Part shown: positions 37,213 to 50,411 of the stretch, piece by piece
Numbering within the stretch: the stretch's first letter is position 1
How the letters are laid out: every line of letters begins with the position of its first letter
Source: Albugo candida
Taxonomy: Eukaryota
Direction: 5' to 3'
DNA: 64,000 bases
NCBI GenBank assembly: GCA_040437565.1
Contig: JBDOQK010000061.1
Span: 1-64,000 of the forward strand
Notes under the pieces: generated by a model
The model's input: only the letters and a program-made list of their open reading frames with translations
Databases searched by the model: none
Told to the model about the DNA's origin: nothing
Position numbers and translations under genes: made by a program

Positions 37213-40200
37213 NNNNNNNNNNNNNNNNNNNNNNNNNNNNNNNNNNNNNNNNNNNNNNNNNNNNNNNNNNNNNNNNNNNNNNNNNNNNNNNNNNNNNNNN
37301 NNNNNNNNNNNNAGAAGCCGAAGATCATTACTGCGGGTACGGCACGGACAAGTCAAAATGCAAGTGCAACTCTGATCCTAGTCCTAGTTAGATGGCATTG
37401 TTCCACCTAGTGTGGCGCACACTAATTTACAAACCACGGTACTTTTGGATCATTTTTACAACTTGACAACTTTGCAGCATTTACAAGCTGGATACAGTCT
37501 CTAATTCAGGTGGCTGAGGCTACTGCTATTAAGGAATCATAACCAGAAGACATATTATCATATATCACAGGTATTTTGACGAAACGTTTTTTACATGTAT
37601 ATATGTTATTTAAGATAGCCTAGGCAACTAGAGAAGTCAGTTAGTCTAACTCTAGTAATATAGACACCTTCAACTGAGACGCACCCATCTTCGCTCATCT
37701 GCCAGCACTTGATTCGATTTAAATCCACTAAATCGCTTCATGAATAAAACGCATTCATAGCGCAGCTAATGCAGTGCAGCTTCCTAGGCCAACAAAGTTA
37801 TGTTTTAACGATTTCTTTTCCCGGTGCTCACGAATCCATGATCGATGGTATCTAGCCAATCATCTGCAAAGATAAAAAAATATTTTGCTAAAATCGGTAT
37901 GCAAAATTCGATTATCTACAAGTATACCTTGCGTGAGACGATAAGAATGGATGCGGTATTCAATAGCATATAAGAAATTACGGGGATTATATACAGGTAA
38001 AAGATAGTGTCTTCATGAGCATAGCATTGGGAAGGAACGAGTTGCTTGACGACAACATTACTGTATTTTGGCAGCGATTCATATCAACTGCATTCACTCA
38101 TTTCGAATTTCTGCTCAGCTTCACTGGCATTATTTTAGCTGCTCGATGAATCACATGACTTTGCAATACATGCGATAGAAGATGAATGATGCAGAGCAAT
38201 CGGCCACTGCCTCGCCCGCAAAAAGATACATTTTAGAAGAGAGGCCATATTAGAAAATTCGGTGGATAAATTCTATTGTTTTACCGAAAGTATAGAATCA
38301 TTTGAATGACAGTAAAACCGAACATAAATGGTTGGACTTGACAGCACAGAAATTTCGCTCATATGATGAGCATTACATTGACATAACTGGATCGAATAGC
38401 TCCCGTACCATTTATACTTATTTATGGGCGACATGATACATGCACACGCAAAATTGCTGGTCGAGTAAGCTGATTATTTGCCGAAATCATTCGTTCTAGC
38501 TGATGTTTTTACCTTTTTTGTATTCCATAAAGTTTGATCCTCATGTACAGGCGTTATTGAGATCTTTTCCAAAATGGAAAGTCTAAAATAAAATTGATAA
38601 AGCTGCACAAATTTCAGTCTCCGCACAGTTTTCATGTTGCGAATCGCAACTCGGCTATGATCATACTAGCTTAATAATTCATCCCGGACTCAGCATGCAT
38701 CGATGCGGTCAAAATGAACATACGGGTGAAGATTGTTCAGAAGTTCTTACGTAAACTTTGCAAACATTTTGAGGCCCGAGAGTTCATCATTATGCGGCAT
38801 TCTATACCAGTTCATTGAAGCCTGCATCCAATGCATCCAGCAACCGCTTTTGTGACCAAATTTTTTTTTAATCAAGATCCAGAAATATGCTAGATAGAAA
38901 CTTTGCCGGAATTTTACAAAATGACACGACTTCCATGACGCATTTCTTCTTTCCTCCGGACATTTGGGTCAGTCCAATCCATATTCATATTTAACAAGTT
39001 GCTCTAGGAGGAAGTGCACCGCGTAGAGCGGTGATTTCTTTATTTAGTAAATTTGTCTCACTGCTTAAAGTTCCAGCCGAGCACTAAAAGGTACATAGCT
39101 CATTTTATTAATGCTCAATTAGTGGCCATAAAGGCACCCTGTGCATTGCAGCATTAGAGAAACAATGGGGATCGTTTAAAAAGATATCATCCAGGATACA
39201 CAAATTGCTGTACCGGGATCCAGACAGCAAACTAGCAAAGTCTGGGTGTGCCTCGAATACTTAACCACACAAAGAACAAATTCTGATATACATATTTTTC
39301 TTTACCTCATACTCAATCCAGACTGTGTGCGACATACAACATGGTGTGTTCTATTTGTGATGTCGATATGAATACCCCTTCAGGTCAATTGTAGTAATAT
39401 CACAACGCCTTATGTGTTAAGGAGTGTTATTCTCCGATACGGCAGCTAGTCAATCGAGTCGCCTCATTCAGCCTGATGTTGGCAAGAAAATAGAAAAATC
39501 GTTTTCAGTATGATGATTCAGACGCCAGTCAAGTGACATTGTCTCATAGATTCATCCGTTTGATTATTATTGCAGTACTTGCAATGATATGCTATATGGC
39601 GAATCATACATTGCACAACACAAGTGGCTGCTGGGAATGAAATGATCAACAATTCTTCAAGTGAGCGATGATCTAGAATATTGCTTAAACAGATGCGACT
39701 GAAAAGCTCGAAAGCTTTCATTTAGGATTCAATCTGTAACTTGATGCTTCTATTGTTCTCCTATATGGCATCTGTTCAGCCAAATATGACCCTGAACAAA
39801 TTTTGGTCTTCATGTGCAGCACTAGCTTCGTGATAATTCATGTTCAGTCGGCTTGCGTCAAGCTTGTGATAGTAAGTCAACAATTGAGAAGTTGACCAAA
39901 TTTTATTTCTGCATTAAGAAAGATCAAAGTATGGTACCTCAGAAAAAAGAAGGATCCTACCAAGTGAGGTTATGTAGGCATCTAGTCTGTCTGCAAGTAC
40001 TTCGAGGTCACAGAGCTCTTCGTTCACAACATCAATCGCTTCTATATTCTCACGTAACGTGGGAGCTGCTAGATATTACAATTAGGGATATCTGTAAGCA
40101 GCAGAAAATTTGAAGATCTGCTAAGTACCGTTTTCCCTAAATTTGCTTTTCTTTCGAGCTTTTTTGCTTTCAGTCAATATGTTTTGATAATGTTGGTCAA

Positions 40201-41997
40201 GTTCGTTGAGGACAAAAAGCATTATTTTCGATGAGGATTCGGAGCCTGCAATAATCACTCATTTATATATCATGATGATAAGCATAATAAAACTCACTTG
40301 TAAATTGAGTGCCAATGTACGCCGCTACGCTTTCGCAGACGTTCTCATTTAGCTTATCTATTTCTTCCATAATAACAATTAAGTACGATCGAACCGCACT
40401 CATTGGTTTCGCTTTATTATATGTTTCTGTGCTGTGCTTAGAAAACTGTACAGTATGTAATATGAGCATAAGTAGTAAACACAAGGTAAGCTCTGAAGTT
40501 GAAGGTGAGTTGAAAGAACAGCCAATCAAAAAGGGTCCATTTCTTGCGAATATACCAATTTACATGATGATGTAATACAAAAAAAAGGATATGGTAATTC
40601 CAATCAATAAAAATTAGCAAGTATATATTAGTATATTGATTCCAGCCGACCGGTAGCAGGACTGTTACCCGTGCATAGCCTCGACCCCTGCAGTAAGTCA
40701 AATTGGGATATGCCTAGAATCAGCTCGCGTGGTTTGCAAAAACACTTGGTCGGCTCTGATTATAATTTGTGTCAAGTATATACCTTAGTAGCGGAAGACA
40801 AGGTTTTTTACGGTAATTTAAATGAACATGCCAATTCAACATGCAAGACAGATGATGGCACGATGCCCGTCCATACGTGCTTGGATTCCACCTACGTTCG
40901 AAGCCATCGCTGCTAATGCTTAAAGCTATTTTCTCAGGTCGATGCTTTTAGCAAGCTATTGGGATTAAAAAGCGTAACGTATCAAGTAGCGATAAAGTAG
41001 GGGCTACACACTGGGATTAGTAACCAGTAAAAACAACTTTTTCCATCAGTGAAGAACGATTCCGCAATCTATATTTACTTCATAATGTAGGCTTGTTTAT
41101 TTCGTGTCACCCACCTTAGAATACCTAGATGAATCTGCGTTTGTTTAAATCCTCAAATTATTCTTTTTTCAGCTACAACATCAACTAAACCACGCTAAAT
41201 TTTCAGTCAACATGCACATATAAGAATAATATCAACTGCATCGACAAGATTGGTGCTGTTGGATAATGTATCTATCTGCCATAATTTTTTGTTGACAAGC
41301 AACTGTTTACAGACATGAATCATCCAGATCGGAGTTGTGAGGAAGCTCAGCGGACAGATCGTTACATTGCTTTTCCATTAGGCTCATATGCGAGCATTTA
41401 TTTACCGGTTAACAGGTACCTTTATTGGGCGCGGATTACCGAACATCAATAATCATGCAAACAATTGACCCATTCTAGCTGACGATAAAAATTGTTCTAA
41501 GATACAGGTGATGCTGTCGTTTAAACCATTTATAGCCAAATTGATGCGCTGGCCTATATAAATGCATTTAGCGTTGACTTTAACCAATGGTGTAAATGAT
41601 AGGGAGTTTTTGGTTGTATCACATGATGCATGAATCCAAAATTCTGACTGATGTAGAGGCGCTACAAGCTTCATTCAGTACGATCTGGCTTGACAAATCC
41701 ACTGATAGAAAGAAATGGTACTAATGCCTGTCCATCAGCCTCAATTGATTAAAGATAAGATTTTGCAAAGAGGCAATAATATAACATTTTATGACAGAAG
41801 CGCAGCTTGGAGTCTTAAGCGAGCGGAATTGGGAAGTTTCTTCTTCAACGGCATTTCAACATTGCAATGTCTCCTTTTCTAAAACTGAACAAGCATCAAT
41901 CCGCATTTTTAATGGGTGTCTATTATCTTTGCATCAGGTATTATGAGATTTTGGTGTCCGGGTTTGTCCTATCAAGTTGTCATATTGAACAAGTTAG

Positions 41998-44900
41998 TCA
42001 CTTCTCAATTTAGTACAAACAACCTGAAAAATAACCTTACTCAAATCTTTCCTCTCGAAAAGATGGTTTGAGTACGACCCAACCAAGGGTCCTAGCGTCC
42101 ACTTTTACTAACTTATCAACCCTGAAAATCAAATGTCCTTGGGTGATTGCATGATCGTTGAGGAGTTATCAACCTGTGTAATGACGTGGGAAGAATCCCC
42201 CACCCCCAGTGTGACGTTGCAGGCTGGTACAGGTGATACTGGCGCTGCCTCGTCACAGGCGAGTGATACTAGAAAATGCACCGCGAACGCCAAAACAATT
42301 CTTACTTGGCAAAGATTTTCAAGTCCCAAGAGTCCTTACGAAAGGAAAAGGCTCGAGTGAAACCGCAATACCGCCTGGAGCTCCAAAAGCCTCCGAGATG
42401 GAGGCTATGATGCATATGCCGACGGGAAACACCCTGATTTCGGCTTTTGCTGTGATATTGGAGGCAGCTAGAACTTTTCAAATGCCCAAGCCACTTTTTC
42501 AATGGTTTGGGAGACGGGTCAGGGGCTATCCCGTACTCCAAATGAAAAGATTCTAGCTTCTCTGATGCGAGCCCATGACATATAGTCTTTGGAAGCCTAC
42601 TGGGGGTCTACCGATTGCTTAGTTCTCCAGTCTGTCTAGGGACAACGTCAGGGTGATGCTCGCCACGGTATATGCCTGTCAGCAGCTGGAATACCAGCCT
42701 GTGACTATCCTTGTGAAAAAGAGTTTTCCAGGAGTTACATATTCTTGAAGCAAAATACTAACTCGATGTCTTCGTCGTCAGAATGGAGGAAGAAAAGATT
42801 AGTAGCATCTGCTCTCTTCACAGACTGGGGTGCCAATTGTCTTATGATACCTTCCGAGAGACTATTCCACTAAGAAAATAGATTTGTTATAACAGTTGCA
42901 CCCCAAAAGAAGTTCTGATGTCGACTTGGAGAGTCTACTTCAGCTCTTCAACATTCTCCTAATCGCAGGCCATATTTGGTAAAGTAATTTAGCTAATCGT
43001 TTACGCGAAACAGCTCTATTCAGTAAAGGGGAAAGATGCCCCGCTCCCAAGGGAACGAACATGTTCTGGGCAACGTGGCCCCTGCTGCTTGGATTCGTAG
43101 GCAATAGTACAAGCCCCGAGATGAAGGAAATACAAAAAAACGAGCTACAACAGCAGACTATCGTAGTGGTTTAACGACGGATAGCACCTCCTGTTTGAAT
43201 TCAACAGCAAGTGGCGGAGAGAGCTGAACGGAAGGACTCCGGTAAAATCTTCTTGGAGCTTAGGACTCGTCCCAATATCGTACAGCCAGAACACCTGCTT
43301 TTTCCTCCCTATACCACTTTCTCTTCCATAATTGCAGAAAATTGTAAGGTCACCACACGTGGACGATGATGATGTAGCTATGCAGCAGGTTCGACCTCAA
43401 GAGAAAAGAGTCATCGCATCGAGCCATTTCAGCAAAGGATTTCCGAAGCGCGACCCCTCAGAAACTTCCTGGTTTGGTCACCAGCAATTACAATCCGTGG
43501 TTTTGAACATGGAAGTGGAGATAGATTGAAAAAACGCAGTGGTGAATTCGACGTTCAGAAAAAGGATTCAGATCATTCCGTTGAAAGCACGGATGACGAC
43601 AGGGGTGTCTACATCAAAAGGAGCGGCCCACCTCTATCGGTCAAGACATATCACGGTCGCTAAAGGTGATTGTGATACAAATGTCGATAAAGTTGGTGAA
43701 CTAATGAAAGTCGACTCCGAAACTTCTCTCCAACAACTTTATAGGGATAAAATGGTTCAGGAAGACGTACATACACCACGTGTGCTAAAGAGTACCCAGC
43801 TTTGTATTAATAACGACAGGATTATTAAAGCATCTCTAAGACATTCCATCACTATAATTGGTGTTCTTTTGAAGAGCATGGAAGCCTATCAACCAGCATC
43901 AAATGAATTATCTCACCTTTTTTCAATCATGGGGAATGTGCTGCCCACGATTTTGGGGAAGACGTAACATTCCAACTCGATGAAATTTCCACGTATGTGG
44001 AAAGATCCCTACCAAAATGGACGTTCTATTCAAATAAGTAATTCCATGGTGGAGATATGCGCCAGCACGCATAGTTTATGTGACCTGGGCAAAAAAAGCT
44101 ATTACTTTCATCTAATTGATTCTCGTGTGTGTAGCACCAACCATCTACACAATCGTTCATTGGGTCTCGTATACCACGATGCGCACTTAATTTATATTCG
44201 AGCTCAACACTGTAGATTGCCTCACTAATTTGTTGACTTCATTGTTTCTCTTCGTGATGGGATCAAAGTGCTGGTCGCAGGGTTTTGATGGAAATGGCAC
44301 AGCGCGCGCTGCCATAATAAAGAGGAGCTTCTAATCAAAGCATGCTATTATTTGGAGGAATTGCGACCTACGTTTATCAACTGTAGATAGTAAAATCAGA
44401 TTAATTATTGGTACGCTACAGGGTAAATGCTAAGAGCTCCTCGATTATTTTAACGTGGAATAATATCTCAGCACTAGTGGTGGATGTCAATGGAATTCAT
44501 AAAAATGGTCATCTCTTGATCGACTTTGTCATATCACAACATTCTATTTGTCGTGTTCAAGAAACCAAACTTCACTTTCACAACCGACTGAATTCATTTC
44601 AGTTTTTATTTCATTCAAATTGCAGCATAAAAGCTTTGTCAATTGGCACAACAGTGGTTTTCTCCATCCAACTTGCATAGTAGTGGCAGTGTGATGACAA
44701 TCCTTCGTTCGGACTTGCTATACAACGGCTGAAATCTCACCGAACGAATTATTTTTCGCAATCGCTATATGGTTATGTGTCTTGTGTATTCTCATTCACG
44801 ATGTAGCGGTCTATACTCACAATGTATATGCACCGGTGAAGGCCGAGGAAAGAGTGATTTTATTTGAGCTAATACTCTCCAACATTTTCGAATCGGCCGC

Positions 44901-46345
44901 AACCATCTATCATTTGGGTAATTCAACACACCACTTGATCGAGCTGTCCATGCTTCGAGGGGAACAGTTTGACATGAACAAAGTCGAGTAGTGTGATTGG
45001 AATGGATTTCGAAATTGGATGTGGTATACGCTTGGCGAAACGACAGAAAACATTTTTTACAGGCCCATTACCGGGCAAGAATCGACTAGATTACATCTGA
45101 ATGTCGTAGAAGCTATTTAATATGGTATACGAACACATTATATATTTCCGTCCACGACATGCGGGTGATCATCTGGCACAAAAAGTAACCTNNNNNNNNN
45201 NNNNNNNNNNNNNNNNNNNNNNNNNNNNNNNNNNNNNNNNNNNNNNNNNNNNNNNNNNNNNNNNNNNNNNNNNNNNNNNNNNNNNNNNNNNGAATATCAG
45301 CTGGAAATTGTTTTTTTGTAACTTATTTCGATCCCAACTTCATTCGGCAATCACTTTTCTGTAAAAAAAGGATCACGAGATATTTTGGCAGCTATTAATC
45401 GATCGCACTGCTTTTCATTGATGTAAGAGTACTTTCATAAGTGTTGGCGCATCGATTTCGACGGTTTTTGCCGAAATATATCCATCAAGAGCAGAAAGCA
45501 TTTGTGCGAGGAAGTTCGATGCATTACCACATTCGACCTATTATCGACACACAAGACTTGGTCACTCATGAAGCGTATGCGACTTTTTTGGAATTTGAGA
45601 ACTCTTGTGTTCACGTCAATTAAACGTACATGTTTTGAGTTCTGAATGGGGTTGGGAAAACGTTCATCGGCTATATTCGTTTTCTTATACTAACACGAAG
45701 CCGCAGTTAATGATCAATGGCAATATCACACCTTACATGACACCAAAACGTGGAGTGAAACGAAGCAATCGTCTCTCAGCATTACTTTTCTCAAAGACGA
45801 ACCTACTAGGAATTCAATTCTGCACCATGAGTAGCATGACATTTAGATCAACGGAATGACTGTCGCAACTATATTATTTTTTGCGGACGATTCGGCATTG
45901 CTTTCGGATCAAGTCTATAAAGAAGGATCTGCTACGATTGTCAAATTGAGCAGAATATTTTTTCTCTCGTATTGAATCGAGCCATGCATCTCCACGTACA
46001 CCCAATTTGACCATAGTGAGTCCGGAGGATTCGGTCAAGTATTTGGGTATTCCGTTAGGCCATACACCTCGTTCGATGGTTATTCATTTCTCGACAAGCG
46101 TTCTTACGATGAGTTTGGTGTATGGTTTCGACGTGCAAAAACTGTCCGTGGTCGACGACTGGTTGCGCAGAAGTGAATTTGCCACGCCTGTGACATTACA
46201 TCATTCAGTGGAGAGACCGGTAAGGACTAAAAACAGCAGCAATCGATCCTAAATCGATTTATGCTTGGTCGTAAAGACAAAAAAGATTCGAAGGACGTGC
46301 ACCTGATCAGCAAAGAGTTTGTATATTTTCGTTGCTAAGATGGTG
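41998..46345 (+). mobile_element. Degenerate, largely colinear L1/Tx1-like LINE (ORF1, APE endonuclease, RT)
   Basis: APE motifs DVNGI, VQETKL, NVYAP, NRLDYI, GDHL; RT motifs LAHRFRRFLPKYIHQEQKAFVRG, RGVKRSNRLSALLF, FFADDS, VKYLGIPLG; many stops and frameshifts. Confidence 0.9.
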
Positions 46346-47869
46346 TACTTCGTAATGATAATTGTCTTCTTCCTGATCAGGTTCGTTATAACTGGAACTC
46401 GGATTGCGACGTAGCCATCGATCTATAAATATGTTTTAGTGCTATTTGTGTTTACCATCATGGAAAGCTAACTCGAACAATGATGTGATACAACTGTCTT
46501 TGATTGCGCTCCGTTACCGATGTATGGATCCCGACTTAATCGGAAACGTTATTTCAACCAAGCTGTACTGATTTCTGCTTAGATAAGAATACCATGAGCA
46601 ATATGAGTACAGTACAAGAAAAGTGCTAACGCACGTTTAGGTCTCCTTTATCACCGCTTCAAGCTCAGTTTGTAGATTTAGATACAAGGCTATTATTTCA
46701 AATGAAATTGGATTGCTGCATTTGGTTTTGCTGCCTCTGCTTATGATCATGTACTGTACTATACTGTGTTGATTGAGGTAAGATTCCTGCTAGTATGCTT
46801 AATAACCACAATATTATCAAGAAATAACTTGCGCAGGCACGAAATTGACAATTTTATACTATTTCAGGTCCTGTGTAGCCTTCTTCTCAGTGAAGCTTCT
46901 CAGAAGGGCCGCATTTTTTGCGTTTTGCTGAAAAGTCCGTCGAAAAAATCTCACCGCCCTCTCTTTTTTTCTCTATTTGTCTTTTGTGTCACCTTGTTTT
47001 GAAAGTCGCCATTGATTCTACTCTTGGCGGCTTTAAAAGTACTAAATTGATTTTTGAAATGCTATCGGTGAGATAGTTCGTGACATCGCTCTTGATTACA
47101 CGGGTTCGTAGTGCATTGGATAAAATCAGACTTTTCTGATCAAGCTATCTTTTAGTGCTTCTGGTAGCATGTTTGAGCAATATTTTGCTTCTTGGAAGTA
47201 ATTTGTCCCGAATGAAAGTCAAGCGGTCACTATTATAGATCGGGATCGTCAATCTAAGGGTAGTGTTTATAATTTTTTCATCATTGCGAGGATTATCGGT
47301 GCTACGACTTTTGCTGTTTTTTATAATAAAGTATCCGTCAGGTGCTCTTATCGGTCGCTATACAGGATAGCAGCTAATCTATTTGGAGCTGTATCTCCAA
47401 GCATCGGCCAGATCCAGCTGCGGAAATTATTTTATACTTGCGTATCGGCCAAAGTTGCTTTACACTGTTGGGTTTGGATTGAATCCGTCTACGTTATAGA
47501 TGGGTCACATGGTGCGGATCTGGGTACAGGGTAGCTGGTGTATGGAATAACAAGTGGTAGAAGTCAGGGAAACTAGTATTTTAAGTACTGATAGATGTTG
47601 TGAATGTTGGGTGGGTTGTTGATTGCGAAATTGATTCTGTGTATTGTCTTTGTCACTGCCTGATAGACTTTCTCTTCTATGCCTTACTGTCCACCTTACC
47701 GATCTGCCTTTTTTTCTGGCTCTACCTGAATATCGTAACGAACGTGCAACTCTTCCGATACCTATCTGCCGAGATCTGACAGCCGCCTCTTCCGTGCTCA
47801 TCGAAGCTCCTCGAGATTCACTTGCTTCTTCATTTCTCATCGTTTCCAACAATGAATACACTACACGGG

Positions 47870-49580
47870 AGCCGAGTTAACGAGAACAGTAAGGCCGCAT
47901 TTGGAAGTGTGGACTTGCAGCAAAAATTTCCGAATCGAAAATATCGTGCTATCACCCATCATATATCAGACAAGAATTTCGCCATGATTGAAGATGACAG
48001 ATGATAAGCTCTCTCAGAAGTAAAAGTGGATAGGAGCACGTCAATCAAAAAATTGCGCAGAACCACACAAGACGGCAGGTACCGGAAAGCTCGTTGCAGA
48101 GGTTTATCACGTCGGATGCTGTGCAGGGACAGGCACGATCCAGTGAAGAACAGCGTAACTTACACAAGAAAATAATCAGGCTCAGCAGTATCGCTGTTGT
48201 TGAATGGGAAATAGCAGTCCATGAAGTGAGAAATAAGCATCAGAAACTGTTTCTGGCCCATCAGTTTCAAACGCTGAATTAGACAGCTGTTGCTATGGGC
48301 GTACAGCAAAACAAGATCTTTCATTCAGAGGAGCGATCACATGCGGCTAGTGAGACACGTTGGGGACTCTTGGATAATCAAGATGAGAGATTTATGGAGG
48401 ATATTCGCGATATTCACTTGGAGTGTGTGACGTTGGACACTGGGGCAAATATACCTATACTTCCGATGTATAAGGGAATTACAAAAAAGAGAAGAGATAA
48501 TATATGGGCCTGTATATGGTGTACGATCACCACATAATGATTTCTAGTGCGAGCATTGAAAGTAGTGTTTCTGATGCCTATTGGGGCATGTGTCTACCAA
48601 TTTGTTAATTTGAGCTGCAGAAGCCGGGGAAGGATATCACGTAAGAAGATTTGGTGAAGTACTTCTCAGCGCGAATCCCGAGACCGACGACTTCAGAAAA
48701 TCGGATAAAGTTGTAAGCATGGAAATAAACATGCAAGTTGAGGATTCGCGAGTGGCCCGTTTACTTGCATACTGTATGAGAATATTGGTCATGCATGATT
48801 TGGAGATATTCACAGCAAGCGAGCCAAAGATCCATATCAGCGATCGTTTTGCTCGCCGACATTCCGAAACACGGTCCACGGAGAGAGTTGAAAAAAGATT
48901 TCAAATAAGGCTATGACAGGATCAACGGTGGATTTTGTGAATGGTAAGAAGAGACAGTTGTAAAGGTTCCTAAAATTCGAATTAGTCTTACCTGACGATA
49001 TCCTTCAAAAGTTAATGATAGATAGGCTGATGGAATGTAGCACTGCGGGAAAAAATCGAGGTCTGTCAAAGATGAAGAGAAACAGTCACGGTTACAACAG
49101 TTTCATGTGGTAAGTGTGGCTTGAATGATCACGTACTTTTCAGCGATATTCAAAGTGAAGCTTTCTGTACAGCCTCTTCGTTTCTCACTGTTTGTCTGTA
49201 AGCAGCGCTTCTATAAAAAAAAGTCCAAAATAAATAGTGGATGCAGAGATGTGCTACCGGAACCGCAAAAGCCGTTCGTCCTCTCCCCGCTCATTGTCAA
49301 GAAGTCTGGTGCTGAGAAATGAAGAATGACTGCGGATTTGCGGGTGGACAATGCACCGACAGAGCGAGTACTATGAACATGTCTATGACTGAAGTGATCT
49401 TTGATCACTTTCAAGGCTCCAAATTATTTCTTCTATTGTACTTTTTTAAAGGCTACTAGCAATTCCTACCGGATGAAAGTTGTCAGGAGTTGTAACAGAT
49501 ATGGGCATGTATACCCCAACGTGGGTTCTCATGGGGTACAGACAGTGTGGCCTACTGCCTAGCGAGTGTACAACAGTTGG
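47870..49580 (+). mobile_element. Degenerate Ty3/Gypsy LTR-retrotransposon internal region (gag and RT fragment)
   Basis: gag-like FLMPIGACV and EDSRVARLL...EPK; RT SPLIVKK....RMTADLR..NA.TE, FFKGY*QF...SCQE, GMYTPTWVLMG, DSVAYC. No LTR pair identified. Confidence 0.8.
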
Positions 49581-49887
49581 GTCTGCCTCAGCTCAAGTGA
49601 AGGTGCTTATATGACTAGAATTAGACTAACTGACTTTTCTGGACGCCTAGACTATCTCAAATGACAAAGATAAATATAAATACCTGTGAGAGATGATCAT
49701 ATGTCCTCTCGTTGATATCCCTGTATTGCAGTAGCCTCAACCACCACAGTTCAAGACTGTGTCCAGCGTGTAAATGATCTAAAGTTGTAAATCGGCCAAA
49801 AGTATGGTGTTTTTCGCAATTGGTGTGCGGAACACTAGTTCCAACGTAGCCATCAATTAAACTAGGAACAATGTTGCACTTACACGT

Positions 49888-50411
49888 CTACTTGACTGTG
49901 CAGTACCCGCAGCAATGATCTTCGACTTTTGAATTTTCAGCGAATGCTCCTTCCGTTGCGAGTTTATTCAGCATTTGTGCAAGCCGAATGCGCTCCCCCC
50001 GATCGTAACACTGTCTTCGAGAGTACCGAGCGTGCGTACTATACGTGATGTACTTCACGGGAAGTGCTGGAGCTATCGGAGTTGCTTCTCGCTTGTCAAA
50101 AAAACGAAGATTTCGATCGATCCAAGCAAAGTGCAGCGTCACCGCTTTAAATGCAAGCCACAAATCTGATATAGCCAGCTGATATTCTTTTAGTGCCGGC
50201 CGCAGTGCTGTCCCAATTACATTTGCAATATGCGTCCAACGTGGTCGGGTGAGAAGAACTTATCCCAAGTAGTTAAAAGCTTCATCCATAATTGTGCGGT
50301 GTGATCGCACTTGCGAAAGAGATGTTGATCTGATTCCACTGCCCCACACGATGCCTGAGTGCATAATATAATGTCCGACTGGCTATCCCTCAAAATCAGA
50401 AACGCGATCAA
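49888..50411 (-). mobile_element. LINE 3'-end fragment (C-terminal CCHC zinc knuckle region)
   Basis: CTQASCGAVESDQHLFRKCDHTAQLW followed by WLAFKAVTLHFAWIDRNLRFFD, typical of L1-like ORF2 C-termini. Confidence 0.8.

Noticed and set aside
41785-41810. Frameshifted CHxC motif (TGTCATAAAATGT) on the minus strand
   Set aside because: Needs an assumed indel and has no signal peptide context; likely chance.
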